64,000 nucleotides of DNA from Octopus sinensis (lineage: Eukaryota). Location of the stretch: assembly GCF_006345805.1 (NCBI RefSeq), contig NC_043005.1, positions 4,650,001 through 4,714,000 on the forward strand, given 5' to 3'. Below, piece after piece: positions 12,431 to 25,512 of this stretch (position 1 is the first letter of the stretch; each line of letters begins with the position of its first letter). The notes under the pieces were generated by a model. That model was not told the DNA's origin, searched no databases, and worked only from the letters and a program-made list of their open reading frames with translations. A program made the translations under genes and the position numbers.

Positions 12431-13960
12431 TAGAATGGGCATGAGTATAGTTTTTGATAATAACTCACCAAGGCTAATTTCCTAGAACGTTACACTTACC
12501 TTAATAGCGACTCATACTGCCCTTACCATAAGCCTTCCACTAATTTGAAGTATGTCAGTGTCTTCTCAAATCATGCCAAAACCGTAACAGACAATTTGGT
12601 TAAAAACAAACTCCTCTAAGATTGTCTGGCTTGTCCGCCAGTGCCGATATTTTATTGCAGAAAGCGGAATTTTATAACGCCGCACTATCCAAGGCCGGTT
12701 ATAGGCAGAAGGTAATTTATATTGACCGGCCCTTCCGATGCATCATTCGGTCATCAGGATAGGGCCGTATATAATAACATTAACATTTTAAGTTAAAGAC
12801 GGGAGCGCGGCGGATACCGGGGTAGTCGCTCCCGCATTTAATTTAGCGAACAAGGATAATTTCGGTCCTGGAGGTCTTACAACTAACCCAAGACCCGTAT
12901 TCATCCGAGAATCACCCACCCGAATGCGAGAGCTGGCGTCCCGACCCATCACACTGATAGGAATAAGCATATATGTTGTAATCCCCTTTGGTAAGCAGAT
13001 TAGAACTAACCTCCCCCTCATGTTTAGACAAGCCATCGCCAATAACTTCCCCAGAAATTCCCAATATTACTCCACGTTAACTCACATAAAGTTAGGATAG
13101 CTTTCTCCAACACTAAAAACCTCGCCCAGATAATCGCCTCCCATAATAATAGGCTACTTACTAAGACCTATCACCTTTTTCCGGAAGCACAGCCTCTTCC
13201 GCTCCCGGTTTAATGCTCAGTAGGAATAATTATAGTAGTAATAATGAGATGAGAGCCAGTACAGTGACACATAATCTCAGCTCCAGCAGGGAGTACCCAC
13301 TAGGGGTATAGTTATAAATAGGGTGTTGTGGTTGACGGTAATAATGGGAGTAGGGTAGAGAGCCCCATTACATCCCCAGCATCATTTCCCGCAATAGCAG
13401 TACCACGGGCAGTAGCAATGACAGCACTCTGATAGATAGTGGAGATCAGGGGTTATTCCTATAGTTAATAGTGACGTAGTGGAAAATAGAGTAGTAAGCG
13501 GCTGCAGGTCTCGGAACGAATATTGGACAGGAACGCAGTTCTAATTTCAGAAACTAATCCTAGCAGATAAGATTCACGTCGGCGAACTCCAAGATCAAAA
13601 AACGCCGTCTACCATGCAAGGTTTACACGGACTCAGATGCCTTCACTTATGTAGGGGCATCATCCTCAAGATGTCTTTGCGTGTCTCCAACCATTACGCA
13701 ACTTTTCGGGACGTGAACAAGCGCCAGACCACGGGACTCAGTAAGCTAATATGGCGACTGAAGGATGCGAACTTAAGCTATAGGCTGAATGGTCAATTTT
13801 GTCGGTGCCCTCCCATTTGATAGGGGCAGAAGACGTGCAACTTTGTGTCTCCTCCGACTCTTCCATACTTTGTTTGCCAGAGGGCCGATGGTAAACGGGC
13901 TCTTACAGTCGGCTTTTCGATGCCCCCATTGGCGGCGTTACACTTACCTAGCCTTTAAAT
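12431..13960 (+). pseudogene. PLE-B: degenerate RT C-terminus/thumb, linker and GIY-YIG endonuclease
   Basis: Frameshifted motifs NFL.VTL, YCPYHKPSTNLKYVSVFSNH, FYNAALSKAGY, NP-FGKQIRTN, IIASHNNRLL, AVYHAR, TYVGAS, SNHYATFR, TGLSKLIWRLK. Confidence 0.85.
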
Positions 13961-14183
13961 AGCGTTTATAAATAATACCGGCACCCATAGCCCTTGGTAA
14001 CAAATTCTGAAATAGCCTTTAAGATATCTACGATTAACCACTGCAAGGGGAATTACTCCTGTAAGACAAACGGGGCTTGGTTTTCTCACAGCGGGGGGTT
14101 TCCTTGACAAGGCAGGCTCAGATGAACACACACACACATAAAACATAATATATATATATTTTTTTATTTTTTTATTTTTTTAT

Positions 14184-14718
14184 TTTTTTCTTTCTGCCAC
14201 CCAACGGTTATCACGGCAGTAGCCACTGACAGCCGAACGATCAAACGCACACACGTACACAAAAATGTTTTCTACCCTACTACGCCACACACACATATAT
14301 AGAACAGTATACACACACACACGTCTCTAAGTAGATTTTTTCTCGCCCCTTATAAAACATCCAATATTCCTTAAATAGTCAGAACTTTATTCTCGGTCAC
14401 AAAGAACATCTATACACCCTCACCCACATGATTGACCGATGCCTGACCCGTTGATTCTTCACCACCGGTTCTCAACAATACACTGATAAACAGTTTCGCC
14501 ATGGCTTCTTAGGAGCACAGTTCGATTTGTTTTTTTGCTCCGCCTCTGTTCTGTTTTTGTGTTTTCCAACGGATTTCCTTTTTTCTTCCTGAAGAGAAAG
14601 ACACAATATGGTCCCATTATTCAATCGGATTTTGGTAATTTGTGCCTTTCGAAACACGTGTAGAATGAAATAAAACGATTTCTGTTCAATCTGCGTTCAG
14701 CTCCATTTCTTCAATTCA

Positions 14719-14723
<5 letters not shown>
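14184..14723 (+). mobile_element. 3' pLTR of PLE-B, ending in (TA)n
   Basis: Follows the endonuclease relic; contains a hammerhead; mirrored at 11910-12430. Confidence 0.8.
14582..14670 (+). ncRNA. Type I hammerhead ribozyme motif, canonical core
   Basis: Stem I UUUC-UUC/GAA-U-GAAA, CUGAAGA (14589-95), stem II GAAAG..CUUUC plus CACAA/UUGUG, GAAA (14651-54), palindromic stem III A-CACGUG-U, cleavage after GUA (14662). Confidence 0.8.
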
Positions 14724-14771
<48 letters not shown>

Positions 14772-15130
14772 AAGTTAATCCAAACCAGAAAACAAAAAGA
14801 CAACAACGCGAGGATGTGGAACAAATAAAGTATTATTGGGCGCTGAGGGAAGAAGGGAAGAAGGAGGGTATGACGTTTCAAGCATAGCTCTTCGTCGGAA
14901 ACATGGGAGAAATAAAGATCCCGAGGTGGAGGACAGAGGAAAAAAAATGCAAGTGGTCTTCACGCGAGGTCACATACTGAAAAAGGCGGAAGTGGTAAAA
15001 AAAGAAGGAGCAGGTTTTCAAAGACAGGAGAGCGGAATCAAAGAAGGAATGGTAAACAACGGTGTGCGAGATGACAAGGTGTGTGTGTGAGTGGTGCTTT
15101 GTTTGTGTTGTGTTGTATATGGTGGGCAAA
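14772..15130 (-). mobile_element. 3' tail/pLTR of PLE-C with degenerate hammerhead-like motif
   Basis: rc of 14870-14898 reads CCGACGA-A-GAGC-UAU-GCUU-GAAA-CG-UC; tail ends ...GGTTTGGATTAACTTT then (AT)n. Confidence 0.65.
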
Positions 15131-15189
15131 GGCTAGTGGCAAGCAGCAGTAGCGAGTCAAGAAGGCAGGTCAAAACAGGAGGAATGTGG

Positions 15190-17300
15190 TGTGTGCGTGT
15201 ATATGTCTCGTGTGTGTGTTTTGTTTGTAGTATGTGTGTTGTGTACGTGTGCGTTTTTTGTGTGTATGGCGAGTAACTGCTTAACTAAGTGTATGTGTGG
15301 GTGTGGGTGTGTGTGCTTGTATGTGCGTATATGTATAATTGTGTGCATGTATGTATGTGTGCGTGCGTATGTGTGCGCATGTTTTGGTGTGCGTATGTAT
15401 GTGTGTGTCTGTGCTTATATGTGTGTACGTATTTGTATGTGTGCGTGCGCATGGAGGTATATGTTGTGTGTGTGTATATGTGTCGGTGTGTATGTGAATT
15501 CGTGTGTGTTTGTACGTGTGTAAGTGTGTGTGCGTGTATTGTATATATATATGTAAATGTGTGTGTGTAAGTGCGTGGGAGTGAATGTATGTATGTATGT
15601 GCGTGTGTGTACAAAATGTAGGGGTATTATATGTGTTTATATTTTTATATGTGTGTATATTATGCATGCAAGACACACTTCGCAACTGAAAGAATGATGG
15701 AAAATACTCCTGCGGTGACAGGCGCAGGAGAAACCCCAGGCACAACGCGCCGGCCCAGACACGAACCCGAGATAAAGCCAGAACCCACAGGCATGCGTGC
15801 ATGCATGTATGTATGTGTGCGCGTGTGCATGCATGTGTGTGCGCGTGCATGCGAGTGTGTGTGTAGGTATGTGTGTGTGTATGTATGCATGTGTGAGTGT
15901 GTATGTGTGTGTGTATGCGTGTATGTGTGTATGTGTGTGTATGTATGTATGTGTGTATGTATGCATGTGTGAGTGTGTATGTGTGTATGTATGCGTGTAT
16001 GTGTGTATGTGTGTGTATGTATGCATGTATGCATGCATGTGTGTATGTATGTGTGTGTGTGTGCATGTGTGTATGTATATGTGTATGTGCGTATATGTGT
16101 GTGTATGTGTGTATGTATGTATGTGTGTGTATGTATGTGTGTAAGCGTGTGTGTATAAGTGTATGTGTGCATGTATGTGTGTATGTATGTATGGGTGTGT
16201 GTCTGTGTATGTTTGTGTGTGTATGTATGTATGTATGAGTGAAGGTATGAATCTATGTAAGTATGTGTGTGTACGTATGTAATGTATGTATGTATGCGTG
16301 TGTGTGTGTATGTATGCGTGTGCGTGTGTATGTGGGTGTGTGTGTATGTATGTATGTGGGAGTGTAAGTGTGTGTGTGTGTATGTATGCGTGTGCGTGTG
16401 TATGTTGGTGTGTATGTATGTGTGTGTGAGTGTATAGGTGTATGTCTGTATGTATGTATGTCTTGTGTGTGTATGTGTGTGTATGTATGTATGTGTGTAG
16501 GTATGTATGTGTGTGTGTATGTGTATATGTATGTATGTGTGTATGTGTGTAAGTGTGTGTGCACGCGTGCATGCATGCATATGTGTATGTATGTATACAC
16601 ACACACACGAACGCACGCTCACACACACAACACACAAACAACACAACGCACGCATATGGGGCCGACTGCACCCCAGGCCCGTGCCAAAGCGCGCACGCGC
16701 GGACCCCCGGACACCCACACCACAAGAACCGAACTCCATCAAACCCTCAACCCAAAAAAAGCGTGCGCCTGGATACAAATATATGTGCGTGCGTGCATTC
16801 GTGTAATGTGTGTGTGTGTATGTATGTGTGCATGCGTATATGTGTGCATGTGTGTGTGTATGTACGTATGTAAAGTATGTATGTACGTATGTGTGTGTGT
16901 GTATGTATGTGTGTATGTATGTATGTGTGTATGTATGTATGTATGTGTGTATGTGTGTGTATGTATGTATGTGTGTGTATGTGTGTATGTATGTGTGTAT
17001 GTATGTGCATGTTTGTTTGTTTGTTTGTGTGTGTATGTATGTATGTGTGATTAAATGTGTGTATGTATGTATGTATGTGTGATTAAATGTGTGAATGTAT
17101 GTATGTGTGTATACGTATGTATGTGTGTGAACGGGCGTGTGTGTGTGCGCGTGTGTGTGTGGGGGTGTATAGGTGTGGAAGTATGTGTGCGTACAAGTAG
17201 GTTGTATGTGTGTGGTGTGTTGGAGGTAGGTGTGTTGGAAGTAGGTATGTGGGGGTGTTCGTAGATACGTAGGTATGCGTGTGTGTATTTCTGTAAAAAA
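15190..17300. repeat. Compound (TG)n/(TATG)n microsatellite expansion within the PLE-C 3' region
   Basis: ~2.1 kb of alternating purine-pyrimidine repeats with two GC-rich islands (~15670-15790, ~16640-16790). Confidence 0.95.
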
Positions 17301-18370
17301 AATGGGGGAGAAGAAGAGGTGGAGCGCAGACACTAAGAGGAGGGGGCTGTGTTGAGTCCGTGTGGGGTAGTGGTTTGTAGCGTTGCTCCAAGTGGAGCCT
17401 GGATTGTGGAAGACCGTTGTGTGGGGCGAGACCAAACACTGAGATGTCATCGGGGGAATGGCTGGCCGAGCGGAAGTGCCGTGCGACGGGAGAAAAAGAC
17501 CGTAGGCAAACGTCCCTCAGATGTTCGGCGAATTGGTCTGACAAATGGCGTCCCGTCTGTCCTATATACAGCATTCCGCAGAGGTTGCATTTAATACATT
17601 ATAAGAGGCCAGACGAAGTGCACGTAAAAGAATGTCTGATACGTACAGTTCGCTGGTTGGAGCCGGTGACAGCAGTGGTGTTGGTGATGAAGGGGCAGGT
17701 GTTGCAGCGGGATCTAGAGCACGGGAATGATCCGTGTGGGGCTGAGGGGGAAGGAGAGAGGTGCTATGGACCAGGAGGTCGCGTAGATTCCGGGCTCGTT
17801 TGAAGGAGGACAAGGGTAGGTTGGGGAAAATGGGGCGGGTCGTGGGATCGAGCTGGAGGCGACGGAAGGCACGTAGTATCTTCCGACGAAGGGGTAGAGT
17901 AGGGAGGTCGAAAAGGAGGGGAAAGGGGGTGCGGTAGGAGGTGTGTGAGAGGAAGGGTGGTGCAGTCGATGCGACGGGCGCGGGCGAGGGCATTTGAGAT
18001 TAGTGTAGGTGGTTATCCTCAGAGTCTGAACAGGCGGGTCAGGTATTGAGATTGGGTCTCGAAATCCTGGTCGCGGCTGCACAAGCGTCGGAGGCGGAGG
18101 AACTGGGAGTAGGGGATGGCTCGTTTGGTGTGGAAGGGGTGGGAGGAGGAGAAGTTGAGATAGAGGTGGGAATCCGTGGGTTTAAAGAAGGTGGTGGTGG
18201 TGAGAGAGTGGGAGGGGTGGTCGATGCTGAGAGAGATGTCAAGGAAGTTGACAGAGGTGTTGGAGATGGTTGAGAGTGAATTGTAGAGAGGGGTGGAAGT
18301 TGGAGAGGAAAGAGATGAATTGGCAGAGAGGTTCAGAGTGATGAAGTTGAGATTGGTGTGTGTCTAGTCA
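17300..18370 (-). pseudogene. PLE-C: RT C-terminus and GIY-YIG endonuclease, with stops/frameshifts
   Basis: VNFLDISL, FFKPTDSHLYLNFSSSHPFHTKRAIPYSQFLRLRRLCS, PCSRSRCNTC, LYIGQTGRHLSDQFAEHLRDV. Confidence 0.9.
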
Positions 18371-18605
18371 GTATTTGATTGCAATTATTCCATAGTCATG
18401 GGGTATATTAGTGTATAGGTTGATAACATCGAAGGCAACAAAAGCTGTGTATTCCTTTGTTGGTTTTTGTAGATGATTTATTTGAAATTTATATAAAAAC
18501 AAAAGACGAAGACAGGTGTATGAACAATAAACAAGTGTATTAGTTTGGTGCTTGAGTAAAATGAAAAAGTCTTTTATGCTTTGAGCCTACGCCCTTCAAC
18601 AGAAA
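18370..18605 (-). mobile_element. pLTR-like segment fused to RT motif-A fragment (FVAFDVINLYTNIPHDYG)
   Basis: rc translation matches the PLE RT motif-A region; hammerhead-like CTGTTGAAGGGCGTAGGCTC at the 5' end. Confidence 0.75.
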
Positions 18606-20149
18606 GGAATAAGGGAAAATAAACAGAGAATAAAAAAAACTTGTAGATTTCAGTGGTTCAACATGTATGTATGTGTATATATATATATATATATATATCA
18701 TCATCATCATCTTCTTCTTCTTCTTCTTCTTCATCTTCTTCGTCTTCTTCTCCCCCTTCTACTTCCTAACTTTATCACTAATGCTTTTTAGTATAACACC
18801 TACGCAAATTCTATAAACAAACCTTTCAATAGAAATATTCTCATGAACTGCTAGCTGCCACTGACCATTCAAAATACAACAATCAAGGCACTCCCAAAAT
18901 TCCCCCCTCCTCATCATCATCCTCCTTCTTCTTCCCTACCAAGAATTCACAAGGACCTCCAGCCCACAAGTGTGAACAAGAGAGACAGAGCAAGGCAGAA
19001 ACAAGGAAAATGCCACTTATATTTGAACACTATACAAATATTCCTTTAAAAAAACATTTCTTTTAATTTTTCTAAATTTAATTATTTAATCATTACAGTT
19101 GAAAAGGTCTTAAAATGACTGAAACCAGTACTGAAATGTTCTTTATAAAATTATTTTAGCATTTTCTATTTTGACTTATTTTTCATATATATATATATAT
19201 ATATATCACCATGATCACCGTGACAGACCAGGCTATCAGATGTTACTACACATTGCTGGTCACAATATATATATATGTATATACACATACATATATATGC
19301 TTAATGCACTATAAATGTGCAATTTTGGATCGTGCAATTAACCGAAATGCTGCATAGGCCAATATGAATTGACTTTGATAATTAATAAATAAATTGATTA
19401 TGCTATGTATGTACTCTCCATTTTCTTTATATTGTTAAATTTTTCCCCCTACATTGAAAACAATGGAAACCTCTATAGCGACAACTGGAATTTTGGAAGT
19501 ATAAGGTACTAATATTGAAGAAGAACCAATGATAGATTTTATCTGCCTCCCTTTGGGAGTTATAGAAATCTACAATATAGGATTTCTTCAATTACAATTT
19601 ACCTAGCATTTTTAAGAGTAGGATGCATCGGGTCATGCCAGGTCCAGTTTTAAAATTTAAACTCCAATTAAGCAAAATTTACAAGAAACTCACATTCTGG
19701 TGTGTATGTCAAATGCTTTTCTTAGTCTGGTTACACCACACGCAAATGCACACACACAGTGTGCAACGAATAAAATGAAAGTAAATAGCGACAGAGTGAT
19801 TTGAGGAAGACTAAACTGAAAGTATTTAAACCACTACTCAAAAAATAAAAAAACACAGCAAACAGAAACAAATAAATACATAACCATTTACTCCTCACAC
19901 AATTTCTTCAATTAGAATTTACCTAAGATTTTTCAAAGTACTCCATTCGCTCATGCCATAATATATTTCTTTCAATTTCACCCCCAATTAAGACAAAATC
20001 GAGAAACTCAAATTTTAACATTTCACTCCGAAAGCATTGATGTACATGTGTGCGTGCGTGAGTGTGTGGTGTGTGGTGTTGTGTGTGGGGTTGATGGGTT
20101 GTGCGACACAGAGAGTGTGGTGTGTAAGTGAAGTGCTTTTGTTAGTGTG

Positions 20150-20951
20150 TGTAAAGAGACAGACAGAGAGTGAAAGACAGAAATAACTCAAGTTTTCACT
20201 ATGATATCATCACGTGCGAAAAAATTCGAAGGGTTTTGAACAATTGAGATACAGATGTCACGCCTGTATTGAAACCATTGCTAAGCTGCCGTAATTGCTT
20301 AATTAAGACTTTGTTTAAATTGAAAGGGCAAATATGTGACGAGGTTGAAAAAAAATACCCCAGAAAAAAAAATGTACTGCTGGATTTATATAATTCACTA
20401 CTATTTTGCTACAATGTCATGAAAAAGAAAAAATTTAGGTATGTAAATCGAATTCGCCACCCCCTTTTCCCCGTTCGCGTTTGTGTAAAAAAAATTATTA
20501 TTTAAGTTTTAAAAATTATTTACTTTGTTAAAAAAATATTAATATTAATTAATTTTCAAGAATTATTTAATTTTATTCTGTAAAATAGTAATTAATTCAT
20601 TTATCTGTGTATCCGCGAGGTTGTTACTCAGGCACCTACAATGGTAACCTTCAACTAACACTATCTCCTCCGAGACCCTGCGGCGCAAGTTGACCAAAAT
20701 TGAGAGTATGGTAGAAGGGTTGCTCTTCCTTCCGTAGCACATAAAATTCAAATCGGACCATGTTAACACCAAAAATTATTTACATCAAAAAGATGCTTTT
20801 TTCTATGAAAATCCCTATTTTTTACGATTTTTTCACTGCTGTGTCGCCACTTTTCGGTGTATTTCGACCAGAAAAATGTTCACAAAATTTTTACTTTTCA
20901 AAATTCCAGCGGGTCGAAACAAACCCGAGCAACGCCAGGCGATACTGCTAG
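20150..20951 (+). mobile_element. Helitron-like non-autonomous element (5' end uncertain)
   Basis: 3' end CCCGAGCAACGCCAGGC hairpin remnant followed by CTAG|T (20948-20951). Confidence 0.5.
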
Positions 20952-20956
20952 TATAT

Positions 20957-21355
20957 ATATAAAATATAAATTAGAGTTAAAACCGCTATTATGCAACTCA
21001 AACAGTGATAGACATAAACCAATACATAAATAACAAATATATATATATATAATTTTTTTTTAATATATAACTTATAACTAGACCTCAAAAAGTATAAAAT
21101 GAATGATAAATATATAATATATATATATTTATCATTCATGTTATACTTTTTGAGATCTAGTTATAAGTTATATATTTTTAAAATTATATATTATATATAT
21201 ATTTGTTATTTATGTATTGGTTATGTCTATCACTGTTTGAGTTGCATAATAGTGGTTTTAACTCTAATTTATATTTTATATTATTTATACTGTGAAATTG
21301 ATTTAATAATGAATTGAATTTTTCCCTGTAAGTTTGGAGTTATACTCCCTACTTA
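20957..21355. repeat. AT-rich ~160-bp-arm palindrome (20957-21281) plus tail, same family as 10316-11270
   Basis: Mirror ORFs 20948-21139(-) and 21099-21317(+) translate almost identically; followed by CCCTGTAAGTTTGGAGTTATACTCCCTA then (TAT)n. Confidence 0.8.
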
Positions 21356-21370
21356 TTATTATTATTAATA

Positions 21371-21410
<40 letters not shown>

Positions 21411-22945
21411 TATTATATATATATATATATATATTATATATATGCATATATATACATATGCATATACATATTATATATATATATACATATGCATATATTA
21501 TATATATATATATTATATATATATTGTATTTATATATATGGGTGTTGGTGTGTGTGTGTGAATATATATATATATACAAATACATACATATATAGATAGA
21601 TAGATAGATAGATAGATCGATAGCTGTAGATATAAAGATCATTAAATAAATGGAGTTAAATTCAGTGTTATTCAAATTCTTTTACTTCTGACATATGTTT
21701 CAAAGACAACATTGATATTATTCCAGAAGGAATAAAATGGTGTAAAACAATGCAATTTTCTCATCAGGGAAAGAAAGAAATGAAACACATAAATAAGACA
21801 TTTTAACAGAATGTGATGACTGCACATATGATGAAGGGAATGCTATCAAGTTTTTCTTTTTTTAAACATTAGTAGATATAACACCAAAGTTAGTTTATAG
21901 AAAGAGAAGGAGGAGAAAGAAAGAAATTAGCAGAACACTAATAGTGGAGAGATATAGAGGGATAGGTGAATAGGAATAAAGCTTGAAGGAATGAAAGTAG
22001 ATATATTTAGTGGAAGTGCAATGTAAGAAGGCAGTCAAAGGTCGAATTTTACGGAATGAACTAAAGGTATGTTTCTGCCAATGTTTGCAATGATAAACGC
22101 ATTCTATAAACATGTTTACAAGGGGATTCTTTGAGAATAGGATAAAAAACATTTCACTATTACAAAGGGGGCAAAAAGATCTACCTTTGTCATAAGGTAA
22201 AGAAATAGAGATTATATTCCATTCCAAGTTAAATTATTTATTATGGTATCGAAAAGATCATAATATAACAAATAAAGAAAATAAAACATACAATCAATGA
22301 AGCAACAAAAGAATCAGTAAGATGATACATGTTGATCTTATTGGATATTTCTGTTTATTTAGTAACCTACAATCAAGTGGTTATTTCACAGACACCAAAC
22401 TATAAATTTCACAGGATACAACCTTAAAGTTGACACCACTCTACTAAATGCAGGAAATTTCTGTCTCACTATTGGCTAAAAATACAGTTTTTTTTAATCT
22501 TTAAACTTCTATAACTTTTTCACCAATTTTTTTCTCCTCGATGTCATACCTTCATAGCAATTAGACTGAAAAACTATATTATTATAACCGATTTCAGATT
22601 TTTTACTGTCTTTTAAAAAATACATATTTTGTGAATGAAAAAAGCGAGATCCCCATCTGAAACAAAGATTTCTAATGAGACCTCTGTAACAAGATATCTA
22701 GAATGCATATATTGTGTTTTGAAAGAATGTTCTTGAAATAATATGAAATTAAAAATTTTGGTATCTTCATTAAAGGTGCAGATGTGGCTGTGTGGTAAGA
22801 AGTTTGCTTCCCATCCACATGGTTCTGGGTTCGGTCCCACTGCATGGCACCTTGAGAAAGAGTACCATGGCCCCGGACCAACTAGAGCTTTGTGAGTAGA
22901 TTTAGTTGATGAACACTGAAAGAAGCTCATACGATATATATATAT

Positions 22946-23002
<57 letters not shown>

Positions 23003-24224
23003 CTTGTGAATGTATTTTGTGTTTCTGTTTATCCGCCACCATTGACAATAGGTGTTGGTTTATTTATATCCTTGTGACTATGTGGTTTAGCAATAAGACT
23101 GATAAAATAAGCACTAGTCTTTAAAAAAAAGGGGGTATCGGGGTGGAGTTTCTTGACTAAACCCTTCAAGGCAGTACTCCAGCATGGCCACAGTCTAATG
23201 ACTGAAAGGTAAAAAATAAAAGAGTCTACAGGGATACCAGGATATCTAAAATTCTTTACTTATAATGGAATATTGAATGTGTGTGAAAGTCTCGACTGAA
23301 ATTATTGTAAGGGGAGGGAAACCCTTTTCTCCTGTCCCTTTCTAAGGTTTCATTTCTGTGCAAATAAGTGAAAGCAGCATCATTGAAGTCTGTGTCTGTT
23401 GAGACTTGCTTACATTTTAATTAAATCTTTTACTTGTTGATAATTAAATAAAATTTTTTTACTTGTTGAAAACCTTTTGTGGCCTTCAACCCTTTTGTTA
23501 CTGTATTTATTTTGAGATGCTCTGTGTTTTTTTCAATTACTTTAAATATAACAACGAATTTAGTACATTCAGCTAATGTTAGGAACTTAAATTGTGACCA
23601 AGGTTTGGTGAAAAATTTTAATTCAAAACTTATGTAAACAAGACATTTGTACTCAGAGGCAGAGCCAGTTTCAGCCGGGTTGGCAATGAAAGGGTTAAAG
23701 GCTAATTTGAAAGGTTTAGCATTGACAGTGACCATATCTGTCCTTAATACTTTACCCATTTTATGTTCAAATCAGCCAAGTTTAGCTTCTTACACCAATC
23801 CTGCAGTGTCATTTTAAAAATAAACAATCAATTCAAAATCTCGAAGCTACATGGTAATGGTTTCAAATTTTAGGGGAGGAGTAAGTTGATTACATCACCC
23901 CTGTGTTCTGCTGGTACTTATTTTATTGACCTGACCCCAAAAGGATGGAAGGCAAAGCCAACCTCTGCAGAATTTAAATTTAGAACATAAAGACAGGGGA
24001 AAAGCCGCTAAGCCCTATTCCTGGCATGCTAGCAATTTGGCCAACTCACCCACCTTTAGAAAGCCAGGAAATAATGCAAAATGAATTCAAAACAATGTAA
24101 ATAAATAAGCATTACATTTAACAATGTAATTTGAATGCTAAAGGGTTAATTTGCACCACATAAAGATGACTGGTGAAGGCTGTCAGCTTGCTACCAGTTA
24201 TTCTTAGCAGCTGAAAAACACAAA

Positions 24225-24900
24225 AAAGGATTGCTGAAGTGGGTAACACACCAGAGCAAATATATAATGTTAATGAAACTCAATTCCTGTTAGAATATTT
24301 TTCTCAAGAAGAACAATCAACACCAGAATATACAGCTCCAAAAACAAAAATGAAAAAACATCTCTGGGGGTAGGAGAAAACTGGGGATAAGAAGTTAAAA
24401 GCTTTACTTATGTACCACTCCAAAAGTATAAGGGCTTTCAAGGGTTATGCAATATTTAATCTAACTGATTTGGCATTCAAATAAGACATAGATGGCTCAA
24501 CCTTCCTAGTTCTCTTTTACAGAGCTTAGAAAAACTGAAGGACCACTGCAATAAGTGTGTGAATCTGAGAGAGGAATATGTTAAATAAAATCATAATTAA
24601 TTGATCCTCCTGTAATTTCTCTTGCCCAAAGCCAGGAACTTTTCAGCGCCTCCCTGCAACATTTCCATTAAAGTGCTGCTCCTTTTAGACAATGTACCAG
24701 GCAACCCATTGAACTCTTTTGTTTTTATTTGTGAGAGGCAAAAACCTTGCTTATCCAAACATCAATTATCGGAATCTCTGATTATCCAAACAGATCATCC
24801 ATAATTATGTTCCCCAATGCCTTTGTTTATGATCAAATAAGTTGCTTTCACAATCAGTTATCCAAACAAAATACTCCCTGCCCACTTTGCTTAGGTCACT
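24225..24900 (+). pseudogene. pogo/Tigger DDE transposase relic
   Basis: Remnants G.TPEQIYNVNET (~24240-24280) and KVLLLLDNVPGNP (~24670-24710), cf. Tigger QIFNADETG and ILDNAPGHP. Confidence 0.65.
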
Positions 24901-25279
24901 GTGATCTAACTTCACATACACACACACAAATACATACCATTGTATTGTATAACATTATATGTACATATATATGTACACACAAAATATTAATGCGTTTAGA
25001 TTAAGAATTCTCAAGGTCTTTCATCTGAGAGATCACTTCTATGTGTTAACTCTGTGAAGGCTTGTGGCTTAGTGGTTAGGGTACTTGGCATATGATCGCG
25101 AGGTCGTGGGTTCAATTCCAGGGGACGCATTGTGTCCTTAAGCAAGACACTTTATTTCACATTGCTCCAGTCCACTCAGCTGTCAAAAAGGAGAACTACC
25201 TGTATTTCAAAGGGCCAGCCTTGTCACACTCTGAGTCATGCTGAAACTCCCTGAGAATTATATTAAGGATACACTTGTC

Positions 25280-25512
25280 TGCGGTGAGCTGGCAGAAACG
25301 TTGGCACACTGGGCAAAACGCTTAGCAGTATTTCTTCTGCCACTATGTTCTGAGTTCAAATTCAGCCGAGGTTGACTTTGCCTTTCATCCTTTTGGGGTT
25401 GATTAAATAAGTACCAGTTATGCACTGGGGTCGATGTAATCGACTTAATCCGTTTGTCTGTCCTTGTTTGTCCCCTCTGTGTCTAGCCCCTTGTGAGTAG
25501 TAAAGAAATAGG
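25280..25512 (+). mobile_element. SINE family with Meta-like central domain
   Basis: GACTTTGCCTTTCATCCTTT.GGGGTCGAT..AATAAGTACCAGTT; near-identical copies at 35410-35642 and 38618-38845. Confidence 0.75.

Noticed and set aside
15281-17450. Long ORFs (up to 596 aa) of H/T/Y/I or C/V/M/Y repeats
   Set aside because: Translations of (TG)n/(TATG)n microsatellite, which lacks stops in several frames.
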